From an uncultured Gemmatimonadales bacterium (GTDB taxonomy: Bacteria; Gemmatimonadota; Gemmatimonadetes; Gemmatimonadales; GWC2-71-9), in the NCBI GenBank assembly GCA_963830455.1, contig CAWHMT010000004.1, positions 178,644-242,643 on the forward strand: a stretch of DNA of 64,000 nt, read 5' to 3'. Positions within the stretch are counted from its first letter, which is position 1; every line of letters begins with the position of its first letter. Position numbers and translations under genes: made by a program. Of this stretch, positions 24,341 through 32,170 are shown one piece after another. Below the pieces are notes generated by a model. The model did no database searches. It saw only the letters and a list, made by a program, of their open reading frames with translations, and had not been told where the DNA came from.

Positions 24341-27054
24341 ATTCGGCTTACACCGCCAAGATTCGTGAGCTGACCACCGAGCCCCGGTTCAACACGGAGC
24401 TGACCGACCACTTGCCGGCTGACGCGCGGGTTCCGTCGCCGCTGAAGGTTCTCGGCTACGTTCCGGGAACCGTCGGGCGGCTCTCCTACGTCGCCGACGT
24501 CACGCGCTACTTCCGCGCGCTCGACGAGGCGTCGCCGCGGGTGAAGGTGTTCGACCTGGGCACGAGCGACGAGGGCCGCCCGATGATCGTGGCTGCGATC
24601 GCCGATTCTGCCACGATCGAGCGCCTCGAACAGTATCGCGCCATCACGGCGGCACTGGCTGATCCGCGCCGGCTTTCGGCAGACTCGGCCCAGCGGCTGA
24701 TTGCGGCAGGGAAGGCGATCTACTACGCGTCCGGATCGATCCACTCGCCGGAGACGGGGTCTCCCGAGATGCTGATGGAATTGGCCTATCGGCTGGCGGT
24801 CGAGGAGACGCCATTCATCAGGCAGATTCGCGACAGCATCGTTACACTGATCACGCCAGTGACCGAGGTAGACGGCCGGGATCGACAGGTCGACGTCTAC
24901 CGGTACCGGAAGGCGAACAAGAACATCGGCCCCAATCTGATCTACTGGGGCAAGTACACGGCCCACGACAACAACCGGGACGGGATCGTGATGTCGCAGG
25001 TGCTGACCCGGACCATGATGAAGGCGTTCTTCGACTGGCACCCCACCGTGCTGCACGATCTGCACGAGTCGGTGCCGTTCCTCTATACCTCGACCGGGAC
25101 CGGACCCTACAACCGCGAGCTCGATCCCATCGTCATCACCGAGTGGCACGAGCTCGCGTTCCAGGAGATCACCGAGCTGACCACGCGCGGGTTGCCGGGC
25201 GTGTGGACCCACGACTTCTACGACGGCTGGACGCCCAACTACATGTTCTGGGTGGCGAACGGCCACAACTCGATCGGCCGGTTTTACGAGACCTACACGT
25301 CACGGGGCGCGGACTGCCACACCGTGCAGCTCCCCACGTCGCGCACGTCGGTGGAGTGGTTCCGTCCCAATCCGCCGATCAACGGCGTGCGCTGGTGCAT
25401 TCGGAATAACATCAACTATCAGCAGTCGGCGCTGCTCGTCGCGCTGAACTACATGGCGCGCAACGGCCATCGCTACCTCGACCAGTTCTATCGCAAGGGC
25501 GTGCGGGCAGTCGAGCGCGGACGCGCTAAGGACGGCCCCAACGCATTCCACATTCCCGCGAATCAGGCTCGGCCGGTGGAGGCAGCGAATCTCGTGAATC
25601 TGCTCCGCTTCCACGGGCTGGAAGTGCGGCGCGCGGACCGCGCGTTCAAAGCGGGCGGGATCGACGTCGCCGCTGGGGACTACCTGGTGCTGCTCGATCA
25701 GCCGTACGGGCCGCTCGCCAAGAGTTATTTCAGCAAGCAGGACTACGGGCCAGACGATCCACGTCCCTACGACGACACGGGGTGGACACTGCAGTACGTG
25801 CGCAACGTCGCGCTCAATCCGATCAAGGACACGACGGTGCTGCGCGCGCAGGCGACGCTGATGACCGCCGACGCTCGCGTGCGCGGACAGGTCACGGGAT
25901 CGCGTGGCGGAGCGGCCGCGTACCTGATTGCGCCCACCACCGAGACCGGTCTCATCCAGTTCCGGCTCGCGCTGAGCGACGTTCGGATGTGGGCGAGCGA
26001 GGACACGTTCAACCTGGACGGGCGGCAGTGGGGACGGGGGACGACGATCATCCCGGCGGAAGGGGTGCGCGATCTCAGCGGCCTCACGCAGGCGGCTGAG
26101 TCGCTCGGTCTGAGCGTTGCCGGTGCGCGCGCCATGCCGCGCGTCGCACGCCACGAGCTCGACCTGCCGAAGATCGCGCTCGTGCACTCCTGGCTGAATA
26201 CGCAAAACGAGGGCTGGGTGCGGTACGCGTTCGACGTGCTGCGGATTCCGTACACGTACATCAGCGTGCAGCAGCTCAAGGATCGCGACCTGCTGAAACG
26301 CTTCAACGTGATCATGTTCCCCTTCGTCTCGAACAACGCGCAGTCGATCGTGAACGGCTTGCCGATGAACGGCCCACCGATTCCCTGGCGCCGCACGGCC
26401 GAAACGCCGAACCTCGGCGGCCTCGATTCCACGGATGACGTCCGCCCGGGGATCGGCCTCGACGGTATGACGGCGCTCAGTCAGTGGCTCGACGCTGGCG
26501 GCGTCCTCGTCACCGAGGGTGGCACGTCCGCGGTCTTCACCGATTTCGGCGTCACCCGCGGCGTAGACATCGCACCCGCCCGGCAGCTGCGGGCGTCGGG
26601 CGGGATCTATCGCGCGGTCACGAAGGATGCCCGCAGCCCGATTGCCTACGGATATCCCGATACGCTGGCGGTCTACTTCAATCAGACGCCGCTCTTCCAG
26701 ATCGATACCAGCACGGAAGTGCCAGAGGATCAGGATCCGGGGCTGACGGCCGCCCAGGCCCGCGCGCGCCCGCGCGTGGTGCTGAGCTTCCACCAGAAGC
26801 GCGACTCGCTCCGGCTGTCTGGCCTGCTGGTTAATGGAGAGGAGCTAGCGGGGCGGCCGGCGGTGCTCGATGCCCCCGTGGGCCAGGGGCACGTGGTCCT
26901 GTTCGCGATCCGGCCGTTCTGGCGCTGGGAGACGCAGGGCAGCTTCGCGCTGGTGTTCAACACGATCCTGAACTGGAATGACCTGAACGTCGCCTGGCCG
27001 GCGACACTGAAGCCGAGCACGCGGCCAGTGGCGGCGCCAGACGAGGGGCCTTAG
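24295..27054 (+). CDS. M14-family peptidase-like protein (919 aa), paralog-type of 12579..14942
   Basis: GSIHSPETGSPEML (HxxE) and VTEVDGRD, with overall collinearity to the other M14 gene. Its start overlaps the hydrolase gene by 46 nt, and there is no canonical start further upstream in frame. Confidence 0.8.
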   Translation: MVLAVVAVLALQQSVDSAYTAKIRELTTEPRFNTELTDHLPADARVPSPLKVLGYVPGTVGRLSYVADVTRYFRALDEASPRVKVFDLGTSDEGRPMIVAAIADSATIERLEQYRAITAALADPRRLSADSAQRLIAAGKAIYYASGSIHSPETGSPEMLMELAYRLAVEETPFIRQIRDSIVTLITPVTEVDGRDRQVDVYRYRKANKNIGPNLIYWGKYTAHDNNRDGIVMSQVLTRTMMKAFFDWHPTVLHDLHESVPFLYTSTGTGPYNRELDPIVITEWHELAFQEITELTTRGLPGVWTHDFYDGWTPNYMFWVANGHNSIGRFYETYTSRGADCHTVQLPTSRTSVEWFRPNPPINGVRWCIRNNINYQQSALLVALNYMARNGHRYLDQFYRKGVRAVERGRAKDGPNAFHIPANQARPVEAANLVNLLRFHGLEVRRADRAFKAGGIDVAAGDYLVLLDQPYGPLAKSYFSKQDYGPDDPRPYDDTGWTLQYVRNVALNPIKDTTVLRAQATLMTADARVRGQVTGSRGGAAAYLIAPTTETGLIQFRLALSDVRMWASEDTFNLDGRQWGRGTTIIPAEGVRDLSGLTQAAESLGLSVAGARAMPRVARHELDLPKIALVHSWLNTQNEGWVRYAFDVLRIPYTYISVQQLKDRDLLKRFNVIMFPFVSNNAQSIVNGLPMNGPPIPWRRTAETPNLGGLDSTDDVRPGIGLDGMTALSQWLDAGGVLVTEGGTSAVFTDFGVTRGVDIAPARQLRASGGIYRAVTKDARSPIAYGYPDTLAVYFNQTPLFQIDTSTEVPEDQDPGLTAAQARARPRVVLSFHQKRDSLRLSGLLVNGEELAGRPAVLDAPVGQGHVVLFAIRPFWRWETQGSFALVFNTILNWNDLNVAWPATLKPSTRPVAAPDEGP

Positions 27055-27056
27055 AT

Positions 27057-27078
27057 TCATCAACCAAATGGTTGACGA
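27057..27078. promoter_or_regulatory. Palindrome (putative TetR operator) just upstream of the TetR gene
   Basis: tcatCAACCAaaTGGTTGacga: 6-bp perfect core arms and 9/10 matches for extended arms. It lies 10 nt before the TTG start at 27088. Confidence 0.5.
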
Positions 27079-27087
27079 AAAGGCCCA

Positions 27088-27714
27088 TTGCCACCTAAGC
27101 TTAGTAACGACAGAGCATTAAGGATCATCGCGGTTGCCCGCGAAGAGTTCGCACGACGCGGCTTCGCGGGCGCGCGCGTGGAGCAGATCGTCCGTCGCGC
27201 CGGCGTCAACAAACAGCTGCTGTTCTACTACTACCACTCCAAGCGCGGGCTCTTTCAAGCCGTGCTCGAGCAATCGGCGAATGAGCTCGAAGGCGCGCTC
27301 GCGGGATTGGCGCTCCCGCCTGGCGGTCCGCTCGAGCGGCTGCGGCTCACACTCCAGGCACAATTCGAATTCCTCTCGCTCCATCCGCAGATCGTGGTGC
27401 TCCTCGGCCAGGGATCACGGGGGGGGAGCGGGAGCGGGGGCGGGGGCGGGGGGGGGGGCGGGACGGCGTTCGGCCCCGCGATCAAACGGCTGGTGGTGTT
27501 GCTCGCTGAAGGCCAAGGGCTGGGTCAGGTGCGGGACGATCTCGATCCGCACCTCACCGCAGCCCAGGCCCTGATGCTGATGGTCGGTTATCTCAACATG
27601 GAGTCCGTCGTGGCCGCCAGCGCGCGCCCGCTGGGCGCCGACGAACCGGCGCTGCGCCAGCGTTGGCGCGATGCGGCGGTCGACCTAGTGGTTGCCGGCG
27701 TGCGCGCTAGCTAG
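27088..27714 (+). CDS. TetR/AcrR-family transcriptional regulator with internal poly-Gly insert
   Basis: The N-terminal HTH is IIAVAREEFARRGFAGARVEQIVRRAGVNKQLLFYYYHSKRGLF. It has a TTG start. The GGSGSGGGGGGGGG segment is at residues 112-125. Confidence 0.85.
   Translation: MPPKLSNDRALRIIAVAREEFARRGFAGARVEQIVRRAGVNKQLLFYYYHSKRGLFQAVLEQSANELEGALAGLALPPGGPLERLRLTLQAQFEFLSLHPQIVVLLGQGSRGGSGSGGGGGGGGGTAFGPAIKRLVVLLAEGQGLGQVRDDLDPHLTAAQALMLMVGYLNMESVVAASARPLGADEPALRQRWRDAAVDLVVAGVRAS
27419..27462 (+). repeat. G-tract cluster (G8, G3, G5, G5, G11, G3) inside the TetR coding sequence
   Basis: Read directly: gggggggg a g c ggg a g c ggggg c ggggg c ggggggggggg c ggg. The G11 run is at 27448-27458. 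Confidence 0.9.
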
Positions 27715-30114
27715 CACCGGCGCTTCAGTTTCGAAGATCAGGTGACCCGCTTCAAACCGGGCACCGCGCAGCGCCAGACTCAACACGTCCCCCAGTTCCT
27801 CCACCAGGTGCACCTCCAGTGTCTTGCGGACTTCCTCCGGCAGGTCCTCGAGGTCTCGCTCGTTGTCTTTCGGCAAGATCACCGAGGTGATGCCGGCCCG
27901 AACAGCGCCGAGGACTTTTTCCTTGACGCCGCCGATCGGGAGCACCCTGCCGCGCAGCGTCACCTCGCCGGTCATGGCGATGTCGTGGCGCGCCGCGCGC
28001 CGCGAGAGGGCGGAGACCAGCGCGGTCGCCATCGTGACGCCGGCCGAGGGACCGTCTTTGGGAATGGCGCCCGCGGGGACGTGGACGTGAATGTCCGTGT
28101 CCAGAAACGCGCCTTCGGGAATGCCGAGCAGATCGGCATGTGACTTTGCGTAGGTCAACGCCGCGCGGGCCGATTCCTTCATGACGTCACCGAGCTGGCC
28201 GGTGAGCACCAGGTCGCCCTTGCCGCGCATCACGCTGGCCTCGACGAACATGATGTCGCCGCCGACGGGCGTGTAGTACATGCCCGTGGCCACGCCCACC
28301 TGATCTTCGCCCGCCATGCGCTCGGGGTGGACCTTGGGACGGCCGATGAGATCGGGCATGTCCTTGGCGCCGACGCTCACCCTTTCGGCTGCGCCGTCGG
28401 CGATCTTGCGAGCCACTTTGCGGCCCAGCTTGCCGATTTCCCGCTCGAGCTGGCGGACGCCCGCTTCGCGCGTGTAGCTCGCGATGATCTCGCTCAACGC
28501 GCCATCGTTGATCGACAACTGCTCGGCCAGGAGGCCGTTCTCGCGCAGCTGGCGAGGGACGAGATAGCGCTTGGCAATCTCGAGTTTCTCCCGCTCCGTG
28601 TAGCCGGCGAAGTTTACCGTTTCCAGCCGGTCGAGCAGCGGCCCGGGAATGTTCTGAATGAAGTTCGCGGTCGCGATGAACAGGACCTCGGACAGATCGA
28701 ACGGCACACCGAGATAATGATCGGTGAAGGAGTCGTTTTGCGCGGGGTCCAGCACCTCGAGCAGCGCCGCGGCCGGATCACCCTGGAATGACACGCCGAG
28801 CTTGTCGACTTCGTCGAGCAGGAAGATCGGATTCTTCGCGCCGGCTTGCTTCATTCCCTGAATGATGCGACCGGGCATGGCGCCCACGTAGGTGCGCCGG
28901 TGACCGCGGATATCTGCTTCATCCCGCGCGCCACCCAATGAGATACGGACGTAGGGCCGGCCCATCGCCCTCGCGATGGACTTGGCGATCGACGTCTTAC
29001 CCACACCCGGCGGCCCGACGAACAGCAGCGTCGGCGCGCGCGCCGCGCGGTCATCTTCGTTGCCGGGCGCCTCTTCCTTCGGCTGGCGCTGACGCAGCTG
29101 CCGCACGGCGAGGAACTCGAGGACCTGGTCCTTCACGTCCTGCAGGCCGTAATGGTCCTCTTCCAGAATCTGAGCGGCGCGCTTCAAGTCGAGCGACTCC
29201 TCCGCTCGCTTGCTCCACGGCAGCTCGGCGACCGTCTCGAGATAGGTGCGAATCACCTGCGCTTCCATCGACTCGCGACCCGCGCGCTCCAGCCGCGCCA
29301 GCTCGCGGTCGACTTCCTTGCGCGCCGCTTCCGGGAGCTCCAGGGCATCGAGGCGCTTCTTAAGATCATCGGCCTCGGCTGCCTCTTCCTCTTCACCCAG
29401 CTCCTTGCGGATGGCCTTCATCTGCTCGCGCAGCAGCATCTCGCGCTGGCGCTCGCCCAGCTCCTCCTGGACCTGTGATTTGATGTCCTCCTGAGCATCG
29501 AGCACGGCGATCTGGCGCTGCACGTGCACGAGCACACGCCGCAGCCGGTCCTCGACCGCAAGGGTCTCGAGCAGCTGCTGGCGCTCGACCGACTGAATGT
29601 CGAGATGACCCGCCACGAGGTCCGCGAGCGCGCCGGGGTCGCTCACGCCCTCCAAGACCTGCTGCACGACCTCGGCGGGAAGCCCCGACTTCTTTCCGAG
29701 CTCAGCCGCCCGCTCGCGTACTTCGCGATGCAACGCTACGAAGGCTGGATCCCTCTCATTGAGAGGGGGCAAATCGGCCGCTTCGCGGACGGTCGCTTCG
29801 AGGTAGCCGGCGGTTTCCGTATAGTGGACGGCGATCCCGCGGGCCTCGCCATGGACGATCAGCTGGACGCCGCCGAGGTTGCGCTGGACCTGACTGATCC
29901 GCGCGATCGTGCCGGTGGTGTAGAGAACACCAGGCGATACCTGGTCGACATTTTCCTTTTGAGCGACGGCGAAAACCTTGCGATCAGGATGCTTCAGAGC
30001 GGCTTCTATGGCGCGCAATGTCGCGGGACGGCCCGCACCGATCGGCGTCGCGACGCCCGGGAACAGCACGGCGTCACGCAGCGGCAGTACGGGCAGGGTC
30101 ATCCGGTCTGACAT
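27685..30114 (-). CDS. lon: ATP-dependent Lon protease (LonA)
   Basis: [15 protein letters not shown]-domain, Walker [10 protein letters not shown], and the catalytic PKDGPSAGV. The track ORF runs to 30243; the ATG at 30114 ([12 protein letters not shown]) has GGAG 5 nt upstream. Confidence 0.92.
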   Translation of the reverse strand: MSDRMTLPVLPLRDAVLFPGVATPIGAGRPATLRAIEAALKHPDRKVFAVAQKENVDQVSPGVLYTTGTIARISQVQRNLGGVQLIVHGEARGIAVHYTETAGYLEATVREAADLPPLNERDPAFVALHREVRERAAELGKKSGLPAEVVQQVLEGVSDPGALADLVAGHLDIQSVERQQLLETLAVEDRLRRVLVHVQRQIAVLDAQEDIKSQVQEELGERQREMLLREQMKAIRKELGEEEEAAEADDLKKRLDALELPEAARKEVDRELARLERAGRESMEAQVIRTYLETVAELPWSKRAEESLDLKRAAQILEEDHYGLQDVKDQVLEFLAVRQLRQRQPKEEAPGNEDDRAARAPTLLFVGPPGVGKTSIAKSIARAMGRPYVRISLGGARDEADIRGHRRTYVGAMPGRIIQGMKQAGAKNPIFLLDEVDKLGVSFQGDPAAALLEVLDPAQNDSFTDHYLGVPFDLSEVLFIATANFIQNIPGPLLDRLETVNFAGYTEREKLEIAKRYLVPRQLRENGLLAEQLSINDGALSEIIASYTREAGVRQLEREIGKLGRKVARKIADGAAERVSVGAKDMPDLIGRPKVHPERMAGEDQVGVATGMYYTPVGGDIMFVEASVMRGKGDLVLTGQLGDVMKESARAALTYAKSHADLLGIPEGAFLDTDIHVHVPAGAIPKDGPSAGVTMATALVSALSRRAARHDIAMTGEVTLRGRVLPIGGVKEKVLGAVRAGITSVILPKDNERDLEDLPEEVRKTLEVHLVEELGDVLSLALRGARFEAGHLIFETEAPVLASAHAGNH

Positions 30115-30135
30115 GGGGTCTCCATTCCTGGGATT

Positions 30136-30174
30136 CATGGACGGCATATCGCGGGCATTAGTGCACCGTCCATG
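30136..30174 (-). promoter_or_regulatory. 9-bp perfect inverted repeat in the lon leader/promoter region
   Basis: catggacgg (30136-30144) and ccgtccatg (30166-30174), separated by 21 nt and lying 22-60 nt upstream of the lon start. Confidence 0.3.
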
Positions 30175-30274
30175 CCAGAGAAAAACGTCGCTGGCGGCAG
30201 GTCCGTTCCACAAAACGCCGCCAAAGCGGCGCGCCGCTGCCAAGTAGACGCTTGAAGACTATCTTTTGGGGCGC

Positions 30275-32170
30275 ATGAGCGATCTGTTGGCACAGCGGCT
30301 TAGCCAGGCCCTTGGCTCCTCGTTTACGCTGGAAGGAGAGATCGGCCGCGGCGGCATGGGCGTGGTCTATCACGCCCGGGACGAGCGGCTCAAACGCAAG
30401 GTCGCGGTCAAAGTCCTTCCGCCCGAGCTCGCGTTTCGCGAAGAAATCCGCATCCGGTTTCTCCGCGAGGCGGAGACGGCGGCGCGGTTGTCACACCCGC
30501 ACATCGTACCAATTCATTCCGTCGGCGAGGGCCCGGATGGCCTCGTCTATTTTGTCATGGCCTACGTGGATGGTGAATCGCTCGGGGCGCGTCTGAAACG
30601 CCGCGAGCGCCTGCCACCTGAAGAAGCCCGCCGCATCATGATGGAGACCGCCGACGCGCTCGGCGCCGGACACGCCCTCGGTATCATCCATCGCGACGTC
30701 AAGCCCGACAACATCCTGCTGGAAGGGAGCCGCGGCCGCACGGTCCTTACGGACTTCGGCATCGCCAAGGCGCTCACGTCGACCACCGGACCCGGCACGT
30801 TGACAGCCACGGGCGTCGCGATCGGCACTCCGCATTACATGAGTCCGGAGCAAGCGGCGGGTGATCGGGAGATCGACGGCCGCTCCGACATTTACAGTCT
30901 GGGTGTGGTTGGCTATCAGATGCTCGCGGGGGAGCTCCCGTTTTCGGCGCCCACCGTCCCGGGCATCCTCCTCAAGCAAATCACCGAGCAGGCGCCGAAC
31001 CTGATCGACCGCTCGCCGAGCTGTCCCGAAGATCTCGCGTCGTGTGTGATGCGATCGCTCGAGAAGGAGCCAGAGGCGCGCTGGCCGACCGCCGATGCGC
31101 TGCGGCGCGCCCTCGAGTCGCGCAGCGCGCCGCCCTATCGCCCCGCGCGGCGGACCAGTGGCGGCGCAGGTTCGCGTGCCGAGTCCCGATTCGGCGGGCC
31201 ACCGGCCCGGATGTCCGGGGGTGGGCGCCCCCAGGATCGCGTGATGGAGCGTCGCCGCGCGGCCCGGGCGGCAAGGAAGGATCCCAAATCTGACCTCACC
31301 CCGAGCGGTGAGCCCAAGATGGTGGCGAAGTTCCGCGACTCGTTCGTGTCATGGGCGTCGGTCTGCGGCGGCCTCGCGGTTCTCGACCTGATCATGGGCG
31401 GCGGCATCAACTTCGCCCAATGGGTGGCGATTCCCTGGGCCGGCTTCGGGCTGCTGCCGCAGTACATGAAGCTGTGGCAAACCGGTTACTCCTGGCGCGA
31501 CGTCATGAACCGGCCCGCCGCGCCGGACGCGCAGCTGGCGCCTGCGCTCGCCGGCGCGCGACGCAACCTGCCCGCGCCGCAGCTCGATGAGTTCGGCCGG
31601 CATGTCGACACGATTCGGCTCGCGCGCAACGACCGTGAGGCGATTCTCAAGATCATGGAACGCGTTCCGCCGTCGGAGCGGAAACTGCTTCCGGACGTCA
31701 TCGTCACGGTGGACGCGCTGATGAAGCGCGCCGAAGACCTCGCGCGCATGCTGCACGGGATGAGCGCCGACGTCGATGACGGGGCGCTGGCCCGGATTGA
31801 AGCCCGCATCGAGGCGGTCAAGAATCACGAAGAGGGAACCGAGCGGGAGCGCCAGCTGAGCCTGCTCGAGCGGCAGCAGCAGGCGTTGAGCGATCTCCTC
31901 ACACGGCGCAAGCGCGTCGAGGAGCAGATCGAGTCATGCGTGTTGGCGATGCAGAATGTGCGGTTCGACTTGCTGCGGCTGCGCTCGGCGGGAGTGGCGG
32001 CCGTGCTCAGCGACTTGACCCAGGCGACGCAGCAGGCGCGCGCGCTGTCACGCGACGTCGATCACGCCATCGCCGCGGCCGGCGAAATCCGTGACGTGCT
32101 CAATGGGGGGGGGGCTCCCCCTTCTCCGGTGGTTCCGCAGTCCCGGCGCTCGAGGCCCCCGTCCCTCTAA
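30275..32170 (+). CDS. Ser/Thr protein kinase (Hanks type) with C-terminal membrane segment and coiled-coil region
   Basis: GRGGMGVVY, VAVKVL, HRDVKPDNIL, DFGIA and SPEQ motifs. Hydrophobic FVSWASVCGGLAVLDLIMGG...WAGFGLLP follows. The track start is TTG at 30266, with an ATG at 30275. Confidence 0.85.
   Translation: MSDLLAQRLSQALGSSFTLEGEIGRGGMGVVYHARDERLKRKVAVKVLPPELAFREEIRIRFLREAETAARLSHPHIVPIHSVGEGPDGLVYFVMAYVDGESLGARLKRRERLPPEEARRIMMETADALGAGHALGIIHRDVKPDNILLEGSRGRTVLTDFGIAKALTSTTGPGTLTATGVAIGTPHYMSPEQAAGDREIDGRSDIYSLGVVGYQMLAGELPFSAPTVPGILLKQITEQAPNLIDRSPSCPEDLASCVMRSLEKEPEARWPTADALRRALESRSAPPYRPARRTSGGAGSRAESRFGGPPARMSGGGRPQDRVMERRRAARAARKDPKSDLTPSGEPKMVAKFRDSFVSWASVCGGLAVLDLIMGGGINFAQWVAIPWAGFGLLPQYMKLWQTGYSWRDVMNRPAAPDAQLAPALAGARRNLPAPQLDEFGRHVDTIRLARNDREAILKIMERVPPSERKLLPDVIVTVDALMKRAEDLARMLHGMSADVDDGALARIEARIEAVKNHEEGTERERQLSLLERQQQALSDLLTRRKRVEEQIESCVLAMQNVRFDLLRLRSAGVAAVLSDLTQATQQARALSRDVDHAIAAAGEIRDVLNGGGAPPSPVVPQSRRSRPPSL

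Noticed and set aside
24148-26793. 372-aa and 497-aa minus-strand ORFs (24148..25266, 25300..26793)
   Set aside because: They are shadow ORFs opposite the 919-aa M14-like gene, with the same compositional bias.
30251-30280. CTTGAA hexamer suggesting a sigma-32 heat-shock promoter near lon
   Set aside because: It is on the wrong strand for lon, and no CCCCATnT-like -10 element lies at the right spacing on either strand.
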